DNA of 64,000 nucleotides from Cetorhinus maximus. Lineage: Eukaryota. The notes under the pieces were generated by a model that was given only the letters and a program-made list of their open reading frames with translations, was not told the origin of the DNA and searched no databases. The DNA lies in the NCBI RefSeq assembly GCF_964194155.1, contig NC_135893.1, positions 85,622,001-85,686,000 of the forward strand, read 5' to 3'. Each line of letters begins with the position of its first letter. The stretch's first letter is position 1. Both the position numbers and the translations under genes were made by a program. Shown one piece after another: positions 11,001-26,000 of the stretch.

Positions 11001-14000
11001 AGCCTGTAAAACCAGTTGCCTAACAAAAAACTATTAAACTAAGTTGAAATTTTCAATTGACCCCCAGCTTCAACATTTTTTTCGCGGAGGCAGAGGGGAA
11101 AGTGTTCCAGATTTCCACTACCCTTTGTGTGTGGAAGTGCTTCCTGACATCACCCTTGAAAAGCCTGCCTCTAATTTTAAGACTGTGCCAGTAAATATTT
11201 ACACTCTTCTAGTTGTACATTGATGGCACAATGCCTTTATAATGAAAGCGTAAACATGAATAGCATGCATTCAACTTCACCAAAAAGAATTTCTACCCTT
11301 GTATTTCTATTTATTCCAGGTCAGGAATAAATTGGATCGCCAGCTGTACGCCATAAAGAAGATTCTCATGAAGAAGATTACAAAATATGACTGCATGAAG
11401 GTATTTAGTTAATGGGGATGGTGCTGATATTTATGTAGCAAGTTGTCAGTTATATGTTTAAGTTTGCAACCTATTTGTTGACGAGTGTAGAACTCCCTAT
11501 CTCCAACCTCCTCCAGCCCTGTAACTCTCTGTCCAGATATCTGTGCTGCTCCTTTCTGGTCTCCTGCACAACCATAATTTCTTTCACTCCACACTTGGCA
11601 GCCATGCCTTCAGCTGCATAAGCCCCAAACTTTGGAATTTCTTCCCCAAACCTCTCTGCCTGTCTCTTCCCCTGCACGCCCCTCCTTTAAGACCCTCCTT
11701 AAAACCTATTTCTTCACCATGCTTTTGCTAATATCTCCTTGTGTGTCAAATTTTGTTTGATAACACTCCTTGGGACGTTTTACGATGTTAAAGGTGCTAT
11801 ATAAATGCAAGTTGTTGCTGTTGAACTGCACTGTGGGTAGGCAAAGCCAGAAATAATGGCAAACAGTGATAACTGAGCATTTTCCCCCTATGATCACTTA
11901 ATTATAGGATCCTATGTCTGAGAACGTTGAACAATAAATTATCCATTAGCTTCGTAATGGCTTTATAGGTAAGTGCATCATGCATCAATTTAAAATGATC
12001 ACTTGAGAGTGAGGAGAGAGGTTAAAGACATTTCTTTGTACACTGGTTGTTGGAACAGGGAATGTATTGCCCCAGAGAATAGTTTAGTCAGAGTCCATTA
12101 ACAAAGAATTGGATAAATATTTGAAGAAAAGGAAGGCACAGGGCTGCAGGGTGGTGGGTGGGGCGGGGCTGCACGAGCAAGTGGGGCAGTGTGATTAGCT
12201 CTGATGGCCTATGAATGAGCAGGTACAGACACAATGGGCCAAATGGCAGCCTCCTGTGCTGTATACAGGTGTGTAAATAAGCTGTAAGGGCCCTAGCATG
12301 ATCTTAGTTTGTGCCGTTATAGTGGCTTCAATTGGAAAGGTACTGGGGGTTTTAAAACTGCCCTCAGTGCCTCTGGGCTTAGGTACAGGTGGTGGGGGAA
12401 ATCACCTTATTCATGATCTCTATGCAGTGTGTCATACTGAAAACTAAAGGTGTGTCAACCTTTGGTAAGGACAGGATGTAGCTGTGGTTCATCCATTGTG
12501 AACCTGCGTCAGTTTGGGCACTGAATTCTGGTACCCATGGAACAGTAACTCCATGAAGGTTAGCACTTTGTTCAGAGGGGTACAATCTATTCAGCTCCTC
12601 AAGACTGTTCTGCCATCCAGTTAAGTTAACTGTTGGCTGATCATTTGTGAGAATTCTGGGTTTTGATGTGTAATTGGAGTCTTTTCTGTTTTTTATTTAA
12701 GGTCCTGAGAGAGGTTAAAGTTTTAGCTGGCCTGCAGCATCCGCACATTGTTGGCTATCACACTGCTTGGATGGAGCATGTACAGCCACTACCTCAGAAA
12801 AGTATACTTAAACCTCAAATCTCTACAAAAATCAATACAAATTGACATGTGCGTCTTTCATTAATACATCTTAACCAATACATTTTTCCTCTGTTTATGT
12901 CATTTAGATAACCAAATGCTTCTCAGCAATTTATGTGCATTAACGGGTCCCTCTGATCAGGAAGAGTGTAGGTAAGCATTTCTCTTAAATTAGTTGCAAA
13001 GATACTGAGGAAGGGAAAAAATACATTGTGGTGAGACAGGAGAAGCCAGGATTGTTCTCGTTAAAGCAGAGAAGGTTGAGGGGACATTGAATCGACATGT
13101 TCAAATTAGAGGGGTTTTGATAGAGTGGGAAAGGAGAAACTATTTTCACTGCCAGGAGGATTGGCAACCAAAGAAGACGGTTGTAAGATGATTAGTGAAA
13201 AAGCCAGGGTGAAGATGAGTTTTATTTAATGACCAAGTTGTGATGATCTGGAATGCGCTGCCTGACAGGGTGGTGCAAGCAGATTTAATAGCGATTTTCC
13301 AAAGGGAATTGGATAAATACTTGAAAAGGAAAATAAAATTGCAGGGCCATGGGGAAAGCGCAGAGGAATGGGAGTAATTGGATAGCTCTTTCAAAGAGCT
13401 GGTAGTGGCACGATGGGCTGAATAGCTTCCTTTGCTGCAGTATGATTCATAGAATAGAATGAATCATAGAATGGTAACAGAACAGGAGGCCATTTGGCCC
13501 ATCATATCTGCGCTGGATCTCTGAGGGAGGAATTCACGTAGTGCCACTTCCCTGCCTTTTCCCCATAGCCCTGCAATTTTTTTCTTTCAGATAATAATAC
13601 AATTCCCTTTTGAAAGTTTCAATTGACCCTGCCTGTACCACATGCTCAGGCAGTGTATTCCAGATCCTAACCACTTGCTACGTGAAGAAGTTTTTCCTCA
13701 TGCAACCAATGCTTCTTTTGCCAATTACCTTAATTCTGTGCCTTCTCAGTCTCAATCCTTCCACCAGTGGGAACAGTTTATCCCTAACTACTCTGTCCAG
13801 GCGCCTCATTATTTTGAATACCTCTATCTCCTCTCAACCTTCTCTTCTCCAAGGAGAACATTCCCAGCTTGTCCAATCTATTGACGTAATTGAAGTTCCT
13901 CATGCCTGAAACCGTTCTCGTGAATCTTTTCTGCACCTTCGCTAATGCTTTCATATCCTTCCTAAAGTGTGGTGCCCAGAATTGGATGCAATGCTCTGGT

Positions 14001-17000
14001 TGAGCCCGAATCAGTCTTTTATACAGATTTAACATAGCCTCTATGCTTTTGTACTCTATGCCCCTATTGATAAAGCCCAGAATGTTGTATGCTTTATTAA
14101 CTATTCTCTCAACCTGTGCTCCCACCTTCAATTACTCATGCACATATACACTCAGGTCCCTCTGCATCCGTACCCGCTTCAGAATTGTACCCTTTGTTAT
14201 ATTGTCTCTCTGCGTTCTTCCTACCAAAATTACTCACTTCACACCTTCTCTGCATTAAATTTCATCTGCCTCTTGTCCACCCATTCCACCAACCTGTCTA
14301 TGTCATTTTGAAGTTGTACACTATCCTCGTGGTTCACAATACTTCCAAGTTTCGTATCATCCACAAATTTTGAAATTGTGTCCATGAATAATAATCAATT
14401 CAATTCAATGACCTGGTGGTGGGAGAAAATTAACCACAGTTTCTGCTCCTGATCAGTTTCCACAGCTGGATAATGCAGATGGATAGATGGCAAGTGTGGA
14501 CAGAATTGGATTTGGCTACAATCCTATTTTGGATGAAACTGAGACCCTTCCTGCCCTCTCAAGTGGACACAAAAGATCCTATGGCACTATTTTGAAGAAG
14601 AACAGGAGAGTTCTCTTCCCCTGGTGCCCTGGCCAATACTTAACCCTAAACCAATATCCTAAAAATTGATTATCTGATCACTAACACATTGGGAGCTTGC
14701 TGTGCACAAATGGCTTCTGTTCTACATGGTAATAGTGACTACACTTGGAAAAAAGTAATGTATTGGCTGCAAAATGCTTTGGACATCTGGTGATCATGAA
14801 AGATGCTATAGAAATGCAAGTCTTTCTTTCTTCTTTCTCAGTTGAATATCTAGATGGTCAGCACCATTTGGACTCGTGTTTAAAAACAAAAGATCTTGCA
14901 TTCTTATAGTACCTTGTTACATCCCCAGGACATCCCAAAGCACTTTACATCCAATGGGTTTCTGTTGAAGTGTAGTTACTCTTATGCAGACAAATAAAGC
15001 ATCCAATCTGCACACCGCAGTGAATGACCAGGTAGGCTGCTTATGGTGAAGTTACATATGAACATACAAAATAGGAGCAGGAGTAGGCCACTCAGCTCCT
15101 CGAGCCTGCCCGGCCATTCAATAAGGTCATGCTGATCTGATTGTATCCTCTCACCTACCCCTGATAACCTTTCATCCTCTTGTTTATCAAGAGTCCATCT
15201 ATCTCTGTCTTAAAAGTATTTAAAGACTCTGCTTCCACTGCCTTTTGAGGAAGGGAGTTCCAAAGACTCACTACCCTCTGAGAGAAAAAAATTCTCCTCT
15301 GTCTTAAATGGGTGACCCCTTATTTTTAAATAGTGACCCCTAGTTCTAGATTCTCCTACAAGAGGAAACATCCTCTCCACATCCACCCTGTCAAGACCCC
15401 TCAGGATCTTAAAGGTTTCAATCAAGTCGCCTCCTCCTCTTCTAAACTCCAGTTGATACAAGCCTAGCCTGTCTAACCTATCCTCACAAGACGACCCGCC
15501 CATTCCTGGTATTAATCTAGTAAACCTTCTCTGAACTACTTCAAATGCATTTACATCTTTCCTAAAAAAAGGAGACCAATACTGTACATGGTACTGCAGA
15601 TGTGATCTCACCAGTGTCCTGTATAACTGAAACATAACCTTCCTACGCTTGTATTCAATTCCCCTTGTAATAAACAATAACATTCTATTAGCTTTCCTAA
15701 TTACTTGCTGTATCTGCTTACTAATCTTTTGCAATTCATGTACTAGGACACCCAGATCCCTCTGCATCTCAGAGCTCTGCAATCTCTCATCATTTAGATA
15801 ATATGCTGCTTTTTTTATTCTTCCTGCCAAAATGGACAATCTCACATTTGCCCACGTTATACTCCATTTGCCAGATCTTTGCCCACTCACTTAACCTATC
15901 TATGTCTCTTTGTAGCCTCCTTATGTTTACTTCACAACTTACTTCCCTATCTATCTCTGTGCCATCAGCAAAGTTAGCAACCATACCTTCAGTCCTTTCA
16001 TCCAAGTCGTTTATATAAATTATAAAAAGTTGAGGCTCCAGCACTAATCCCTATGGCACAACACTCATTACATCCAGCCAATCAGAAAAAGACTCATTTA
16101 TGCCTACTATTTCCTGTTAGCTAGCCAATCTTCTATCCATGCCAATATGTTACCCCCTACACCATGAGCTTTTATTCTTTGATTTGATTTGGCATTTTAT
16201 CAAATGCTTTCTGAAAATCTAAGTACAGTACATCCAGTTCCCCTTTATCCACAGCACATGTGACTCTTTCAAAGAACTCCAATAAATTGGTAGAACATGA
16301 AATATTAACCAGGAACACCAGGAAAACTCCCTGCTCCTCTCCAGATTTATGCCTTGGGATTTTGCTCGTCCATCGTTTTGGATGATTTAATGTCTCAACT
16401 GAAAGATAGCATTTCCAACAGTGCAGTACTCCCTCATTTGTGCACTGGGCATGTCAGCCTAGATGATCTGCTCAAGTCCATAGCACATATAAAGATCACC
16501 TGAGGGCTGCTGGCTTTCACAGATTGAAACCCCAATGCTAATCTGTGTTGTCATGAGAAATAACTTGCGTTTATATAGTGTCTTTCACAACCTTGGGGTT
16601 CCAAAGCACTTTACAACCAATGAACTATTTTTGAAGTCACTGTTGTAAGGTAGAAAACACAGCAGCCAATTTGCACACAGCAAGCTCCCACAAACAGCAA
16701 TGTGATAATGACCAGATAATCTGTTCTTGTGATATTGGATGAGGGATAAATACTGGCCAGGACACCAGGGAGAACTCCCCTGCTATTCTTTGAATACTGC
16801 CAGAGGACCTTTTATGTCCACCTGAGAGGGCAGACAGGGGCTCGATTTAATGTCTCATCCAAAAGACGTCACCTCCGACAGTGAAGCACTCCTTCAATAC
16901 TCCACTGGGCTGTCAGCCTAGGTATTGTGCTCCAGTCTCAGGAGTTGGACTTGAACCTGCAAACTCCTATCTTGGAGGAGAGAGAGTGCCACCCACTGAA

Positions 17001-20000
17001 CCATGGCTAACGCTGTAGCAGGATCTCCCAAAGTACTTTACAGCCAAAGAAGTAGTTTTGAAGTGTAGTCACTGTCCTAATGTAGGAAATGTGAGAGGTA
17101 GGTGAGCACTATTGGAGCAGGCGGTGACAACCCAGAACTTCAGCCTAGAGGATTTATGGCCCAAAAACATTTCATTGCCTTTGGAAGCAGTTGTATAATT
17201 TTTTTTGTAGTTAAGATTAGTTTTATTCATTTGATAACTTAAAACTTGTGGAGCTAAGGTATCAAAATTGTATCCTTACAGACACTCTTCTGTCCAGAAC
17301 ATTGAACCTAGTGGCTCAAGTATCATTTTTGCGGACACTGTTTCTGTTTCAAGAGCGACATTGTCAAGCAGCAAACTGGTTGAGGAAGAGATGTACAAGA
17401 ACATATCAAAGGGAAATGACAATCAAATCTTCTTCCACAATGGAGACTATGGAGCAAGCCATCTAAATAATGGCAGATGTCAATCACCAGCCTTAATCCC
17501 GGGAGCGAAAAATCTCCAGGTGCACCCTTCGCTCTTTTCTTTGAAAAATCCAAGCTTTGAGCCACAAATGCCCCATGTAGTGAGGAACAAATTGGACCCA
17601 CTTGTTGAAGCAATGGAAACTGAGGCAGAAGGCCTTGAGAGGCATAAGCAAAGAGTAACCAGTGCCATAGAGGAGAGTTCAGGTTCTTCTGCCTACTCTA
17701 ACAATAGCTCAAGTCCAGAGGATGGCTCGTCATTCACAGATGTACACCCTGAGTCCAAGGTGAGGAAGCGGCATACCTTGGGAATGATTTCCAGCAAGCA
17801 TATCCATTCGCTGCTTAAGATTTATTTTTTGAAATTCAATATAAGGAATGTTAGTGCTGGAGGTAAGAAAGCTTTCCCCATACAACAGGAGTAAAGCTCC
17901 TGTTGCACTGTCTTATCATGTATATGTATATGTGTATATGTATAACACTCAAAAGTATAATCAACAAAAGGCGAGTTAAAATCAAGTAAATTTGAAGGAT
18001 CCCATTGTTCTTGAACTTCACTCCCCTTGTCCGTGAATATGCCTTGCAATCAGCAGAAGATGTGTTTAAAATTTAACCTGTTATGTCTACTGTATATCTT
18101 GAGCACAGAAACCTAGGCTGACATTCCCAGTGAAGTACTGAGGGAGTGCAGCAGTGTTGGAAGTGCCATCTCTCAGATGAGACGTTAAAAGCAAAGTCCT
18201 GCCTTACCTCTCGGATGGATATAAATGATCCCATGGCACTATTTTGAAGAAGAGCAGGAGGAGAACTCTCCCCAGTGTCCTGCCAACATTTATTCAACAT
18301 TACTAAAGCAGATTATCTGGTCATTATAACATAGCTGTTTGTGGGAGCTTGCTGTGTGCAAATTGCCTGCCATGTTTATTTCCAGACTTCAAAAATTACT
18401 TCATTGTCCATAGAATGCTTTGAGATGTCTAGAGGTTGTGGAGGACATTAGAGAAATGACAAGTCTGACTCTTATTTCTTAGATCCATTTCCACCTCATG
18501 CTGCATATACAAATGCAGTTGTGTGAGAGGTCCCTTCAAGATTGGATTTTGGACAGGAATACCAGACCAGGAGAGGGCCCATCACTTCCTTGTGAGTTGT
18601 TTAATTCTTTATCATCCTTCACTATCTTATTAAGTATTTAAATTGCTTTGTTCTATTCCTCTCATTTCAGACAAAATACTTCTTCATTTTAAAAAAAAAT
18701 TGTAAAATTCCATTTTTACCTTTTTGATATCATTCAGGTCCGTTTAGTTTGGTGGAGCCGGACTGCACCAATCACGTATTCCGTCAGCTGCTTGAGGGAG
18801 TGCGTTTCATACACTCCAAGGGTGTTATGCATAGAGACTTGAAGGTGAGTACGTATCACTGCGCTCATACAAGCCTTTACCAATGCATAGAAGGTGGCCA
18901 TTTAGTCGATCATGCCCATGCCTACTCTTTGAAAGAACTATTCTACTGATTAGTCCCACTCCTCCTGCTCCCCATAGCCTTGCCGATATTTCCTTTTCAA
19001 GTGCTTATCCAATTCACTTTTGAAAGTTATTATTGAATCTGCTTCCACCACCCTTTTAGGCAGCGCATTCCAGATCACAGCAGCTCGCTGAGTTTTAAAA
19101 AAAAAAACTCCTCAGCTCCCCCTGGTTCCTTTGCCATCTTAAATCATCCTAAATCTGTGACCTCTAGTTACTGACCCACTTGGCAGTAGAAACAGTTTCT
19201 TCTTATTTATTCTATCAAACCCCCTCATAAATTTTAACACCTCCAATCGAACCTCCCCTTGTCCTCCTCTGCTCAAAGGAGAACATTCCAGCTCCTGTAC
19301 TCCAATCAGATGATGGAGGCGATCCTATATGAAATTTCACAAAAATACTGTGTCCTTGCATTATGCATTAAGCAGTCTCTAGTAATACCATGGACCTTTT
19401 GTTCCTCAGTTACTCTTTCTAGAGTAACCCACAACCCCTTCCCGCAGTTTTTAGAGTGAAATTAAGAACCACAGTTAGTTCACAATGTTTTATTTTTTTT
19501 TAAGAAGAACCCAGTGTTTCATTTAAACAGTGGCAGCTTTGGGAAGGTATTTAGATTTGATTCACAATGTCTTAAAATCTAGTCAAAAGCAAGGTGGAAA
19601 CAAAAGACACAACAGTACCATTCTCTGGTAGATCTGAGTTTGTTTCACGAGAGCAAAACTTCAAAAATTCCACGTCTCACATTTCAATGAGGAGAGTGAG
19701 CTATCAAATGATTCACAGGCTACCTGTGTCTGCCTTCAATAAGGTACCACAGAGTTGACTTGTGACCAAGGTCAGAGCATGTGGAATCGGCACAAGTAGC
19801 AGAATGAATAGCAAGCTGGTTACAAAATAAACTGAGAGTAGGGGTGAAAGATAGTTACTTAGACTGGTAAAAGGTGGGAAGTGGTGTTTGATAAAGATTG
19901 GTGCTGGGAACACTCTTGTTCACTATTTACTTAAATGATTTGAACTCTGGAATTGAAAGTAACATTTCAAAATTTGCGGATGACACCAAATTGAGGGGTG

Positions 20001-23000
20001 AGGTTAACACAGAGAATTAAACAAAATATAGGAAGACATTCACAAACTTTCAGAATGGGCACATAATGTGCAAATGATCTTCAATAGAGATGAGTATGAG
20101 GTGGTACCTTTTGGTAAAAGATACTCCTTGGAAAATAAGTTTCTAAATGGGGTAGGGGAACAGAGGGATCTGGGGATACAGAGGCAAATCACTAAAAATA
20201 GCAATGCAGGTTAATAAGGCCATAAAAAAGTAAGGGGTAGAGAACTGAAAAGCAGGGAAGTTATGCTTCTTGTACAAAACCTTGATTAGACCATACTTTT
20301 TAGTACTATCAACAATTCTGTTCTCCATAATATAGAAAGTATGTAGAGGCACTAGAGAATTTTGGATTTATGAGCATGTTACCAGAACTGAGAGGTCATA
20401 CCTATCAGGAAAGATTGAACAGGCTGGGGCTCTATTCTCTAGAAGTCTTTAAGATTGTGAAGGGGTTTGACAGGGGAGACATTGAGAAAGTGTTCCCATT
20501 TGTAGGGGATACTAGAACTAGGGGACATAAATATAAGATGGTCATTAATAAATGCTTTTGAGAATACAGGAGAGAAGTTTTTACCCAGAGAGTGGAGAGA
20601 ATGTGGAACTCGCTACCGCAAAGTATAGTTAAGGCAAATAGCAAAGATGCATTTAAGGGGAAGTTGGATAAACACATGGAGGAGAAAGGAATAGAAGGAT
20701 ATGCAGATGAAATGAAGAAGGATGGGAGGGGGCTCATTTGGAGCACAAACATTGGCATAGACCAGGTGGGCTGAATAACCTGTTTTTGTGCTGTAAACAC
20801 ACTATAAATGGAGGGGTCTTTTCAATACAGTTTTATTTTCTTATGACTGATCCATGGATAGAGTTATCCATTGCCACCAAGTGACGTTAAAAGTTCCTTG
20901 GGCTCCCGCACCAATTCAAATTGGTGCTTCAAAAAATAAATAAATGCCTGTTGGTAAAATCAGTGTCCACTCAGAGGTGCATGCGGAGCAGGCTGTTATC
21001 CAGATCCCCTTGATCCTCATGGTCTGGCCATTCTATTGGCTTGACTGCGATCTCTGCCAGTCTCTTTGTATAGTCCCAGTAACCATACACAAACTGCCAC
21101 ACCGAGGTGGGCAGGATCTCCTTGAGATGCTGCCTCTGCCGGTAGCCATAGACCTTCCTGACTACCACCCGGCAGAGATCCTGAAGGGCTGGTGGCTCCT
21201 GACTCAGGGCCAGCAGGAACTCCCGGTGCTGGCGGAATTCCGGGCTTAGCAGCCCACCGGGCAGCCGGCCCCCCTCCCCGCCAGCGATCCGCAGAGGACA
21301 GGAGAGGCTAAGCAATTTGGCCAATAGGCGGCTGCACCGGAGATTGGGCCTGCGTTCCAGGAAGAGGGAGAGGGGTGACTCGCCCAGCTCTGTGCACTGG
21401 CCCAGGTCAGCATCGTGCTCCAGCAACAGGTCAATGAGCTCCTCCCGGCCCCCAAAACAGGCTTCGTGCACTGCTGCCCTCCCCTGCTGGTCTTGGGCAT
21501 CCACGCTGGCACCCGCTGCCAAAAGTACCCGCACACAGTCCAGACCGGCCCCCAGCTGCTGCGCGCCCTTGCCTGAGGCAGCACAGACCGCCAACTGGAG
21601 CGGTGTGCTGCCGCTGCCCACTACCTTGCTGTCCACCCACGCCCCTCGACCCAGCAGCTCCTCCACCATGCGTCGGTCCAGCAGCCCGCTGGCCATGTGC
21701 AGCGGGGTCATACCGTGCTGATTAGTTGCCTCTAGGTTGGCCCCATGCCGCGCCAGGATGGCCACTGCCGGCCAGGCCCCATGGCGCACAGCCAGGTGCA
21801 TCGCTGTGTCCTGGCTCCTGCTCTGGGTGGTCACATTGACCTGCACCCCATGCTGGCATAGCAGCCGCAGGCAGCATTCAGCCCGGCTCTGCATGCCCGC
21901 CATGGCTTTCTCGAACTTGGTCTTCGGTACGATCCAGTCCTGGATAATGTTGGGCCAGTGCACGATAATCAGATGCAGTGCTGTTCGGCCCAAGGCGTCC
22001 CTAAAGCAAAGAAAGAGAAGAGAAAACCCATGAGAATTTTTGAGAGTAGGGCTTTACATTTACATAGTGCCTTTCACAACCTCAGGACATCTCAAAGCGC
22101 TTTACAGCCAATTAAGCACTTTTGAATTTTAGTCACTGTTGGAATGTGGGAAACAAGGCAGCCAGTTTGCGCACAGCAAGCTTCCACCAACAGCAACGTG
22201 ATAATGACCAGATAACTTTTTTTTGATGATACTGATTGAGGAATAAATGTTTGTCCCAGGAGACTGGGGTCAGCTCTCCTACTCTTGGATATAGTGGCCT
22301 CGGGGTCCTCCGGAGAGGGCAGACAGGACCTCTGTTTAATGTCTCAAATGGAAGATGACACCTTTGACAGTGCTGCTCTGGAGTACTAACATTTTAGAGT
22401 AGGCAAATGATTTGACATCACATCTCTCAATAAATCCCATGCATTTTGTGCCTGCAATGCGATTTGTAGCTCAAGTATAGTCATTGTGCAGATTTTAAGA
22501 TGTCCAGGAGGTGGTGAAAATGTCAGTTTCTGAGCAATAACTTGCAGCAAGAACTTGGCGTCAGTCGTGGCTCAGTGGGTAACACTCATGCTTTTTGAAT
22601 CGGGAGTGCCGGTGGAGGTCTGAAAGAATCGTAGAGGCAGAATCCCTCATTACATTGAAAAAGTACTTCCATATGTACTTGAAGTGCAGTAACCTACATG
22701 GCTACAGACCAAAAACTGGAAAATGGGATTAGGCTGGATAGCTTTTTCTTGGCCGTATATTTTAAACATTTCTATGGATGGTCATGAGTTCAAGTCCCAC
22801 TCCAGAGCTTGAGCACAACAGAAGATGCTCTTCTGCAATAGGGAGTGCGCCATTGTCTGCCCTTCAGATGGATGCCAGAAATCCCTTAAGGTAGTAATTT
22901 GAAGAGCAGGAGTGTTCTCCCCAGTGTTCTGGGATCAATATTTATCTTCAACCAACATCACTGACAAGAAAATATGGACAATCTGGTTTTGCTGTTTGTG

Positions 23001-26000
23001 GGAGCTGGCTGTGTTCATAGTGGCTGCTGTGTTTCCTACACTGCAGCAGGAACTGCACTGTTTATTTTAAACAAAAGACTTAATTGGCTGTAACATAAAG
23101 CATTTTGTGGTACCTTGGGGTTGTAAATGCAAATTCTTTCTTTTACTATCATGGCACCATCATCATTCAGATTAAATATAGAACATTAATTCTGGTCCAC
23201 CCAGGGCCCATGTCCCATCCCATCTAGAGGGGCCTCAAGCACACAGCTCAAAAACACCCAGAACAGATTGGAACGTTTAACCTGCATCACATACCTTGCC
23301 TCTATATCAGCCTTTAGTTGAAGTAAGCATTGTAAACTCTTTGCCTTTCTGTATGTTGCAGCCAAGTGGATTGGAAGGATGGCTAACCCCTTAGGATGAT
23401 ACAAATGCATTACAAGTATTAGACTGATAACACAGTTCTAAAAAGTATTTGCTTCTTGCAGGTTGTGTTAAAATAATTACATTTGCTTAAAATTGATCAG
23501 TTTAAGTTGCACAGAGAATGTTACGCCTAAATATCTCTGCTCGTTTATTATTGTAATCTCTTTTTTCCTTTAGCCTTTGACTTGTGCTGGAATCCAAATG
23601 TGTGTCTTGTCAAATTCAGACAGCGGCAGTCACATCAGCTATCTGTATGACTGGGGGGAAACCAGGACCTAGTCTGACCACTAACTGTCTGTATACCTGA
23701 ACTTAACAGCAGGGTTCACAATCAGGAATAAGAACTCTGGCCGACTATTTAATGCTTTTTCCTTCCCCCTCTATCACATTTAAAATGCAACATCTCATAA
23801 CTTCATTCTTGGGAGTGAGAAAATTAATCTGACAGTATTCTCCATTTAAAGGAAATGTTTCACTTTGAGCCTAATCAGCAGACTTCTTTGTTAGGTAGCC
23901 TATGCATTTGAAAGGTAATAAAGTGATAACCTTATCTCTCTGAGGTTAGCAAATTGATGGGAAACTATTGAACCCATTATGGGTTATTTTACCATCAGAA
24001 GAGTTGAGCTGAGACCAGTGGAATATATTTTATGTAAATTAGGTGGCATATATCCTGACGGGAAAAACTCTATAACATGGGCAATGTCACTAAGATAGCA
24101 AAAGTATTTAAGAAACAATGAATGATGGGTTAATCAACCAAGCAGTATATTTGTGTCCAGGATATTTACAGATGTAAGAGTATAAATCAGAAAACCCCAG
24201 CATCTTTCTGGTTGACCATCTACCATAGTTTCCTTCTGTTACAGGGAGAACAGCATAAGAGGATTGAGGTTTAACTTTGCCCGGTAATCTCTTGTCCTTA
24301 ACTATTTTTGAGCCAAGGCTTTGCACACAATCAGGAGGAACAGGAGGAGGCCATTTAGCCCCTCGAGCCTGTTCCACCATTCGATGAGATCATGGCTGAT
24401 CTGCAACCGAGCTCCATATGGCTTTTGTGCCATATCGCTTAATACCTATCTATCTCAGTTTTAAATTTACAATTGATCTAACATCAATTGCTGTTTGCAG
24501 AAGAGCGTTACAAACTTCTACCACCCATTGTGTGCAGAAGTCTTTTCTAATTTTATTTCTGAAACGTCCGTCTTTAATTTTTAGATTATGTTCCCTAGTC
24601 CAAACCAACCACCAGAAATAGTTTCTATCTACCCTATCTGTTCCCCTTAATATCTTGAAAACATTAATCAAGTCATCCCTTAACCTACTAAATTCCAGAG
24701 AATATAACGCAAGTTTGTTTAATCTCTCCTTTATAATTTAACCCTTGAAGATAAGGTATAATTCTGGAGAATCTATGCTGCGCTCCCTCCAAGGCCAATA
24801 TATCCTTCCTAAGGTGTGGTGCCCAGAACTGTTCACAGTGCTCCTGGTGCGGTCTTACCAGGGTTTTGTACAGTTGAAGCATGATTTCTACCCCTTAGTA
24901 TTCTAGTCCTCTGGATGTAAAGGTCAGCGTTCCATAGCCTTTTGATTATTTTCTTACTTGCTCATGACATTTTGATAATCTCGGTACATAGACCCCAAAA
25001 TGTCTTTGGACCTCCATTGTTTCTAGTTTTTCACCATATGGAAGGTACCCTGATTTATCCTTTTTAGTTCCAAAGTAGATGACCTCATATTTACCTACAT
25101 TGAAATCCATTTGCCACAGTTTTGTCCACTCACTTAACTAATCAATGTTTCTCTAATTTTACTCCACCTGCCCTGCCCCATCCCCCGCTCTACATTGCTT
25201 ACCGCTTATCTTTTTGTCATTGGCTAATTTGGATATGTGGCTTTCTATCCCATCATCTAAATCATTAATGAATACAGTAATTAGTTGAGGCCCCAACACA
25301 GATATCCCCAGTCACATCCTGCCAATAAGAGTACCTGCCCATTATCCCTGCTCTCTCTGTATCCTGCCACTCCTGAGTTGCTCTTTGAAAGAGTCGGCAC
25401 AAACTCAATGGGCCAATGTCCCCCTTCTGTCTGCATCAGTCTATGATGCAAGGATTGTTCTGCCATTATTGATAAGAGCTGGAGACTTGTTTCTACTGAC
25501 AAGGCTTTTATGTGGAAGGGGAATTGGGGAGGATCCCATAATTCTTCCAACACTCCAAGGAGTATTATCCTGAGGTTATAGGCAGAATGCAAGTTCAAAA
25601 AATGAGGAAGGCTAAACTATATAGTTAGATGATATTATGGTCAATCGTTATAGATATTATGTAAAATCTCTGATACTCTTAAGATAAAATAAAAGGATTG
25701 TCTGAATGAATTGCTGGATTTACCTGAGCTGGAAGTATGGGGAATAAAGCACAGTTTTTCCAGATAGTAATGGGTTCATTGATTGGATGGACCTTTAGCA
25801 AGCTTTTGATATTCTCTTGGTCTCCTTTCATAATAGCATCATGAAGCTTGGCATGGAGATCATTGAACTCAGCCCGGCATTCGCACATTTTTAGAAGGTT
25901 CTTCAGCAGTGATTTTATACAAAATGACTTCAGGATCAGAACATTCCCTGCTCATGCATTCTTCATGGAACTGATTTGTGGAAAAACTGGTTGTTGTCGC

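Noticed and set aside
21246-22033. Sense-strand and alternative-frame ORFs over ANKRD61 exon 3
   Set aside because: Expected shadows of a GC-rich coding exon.
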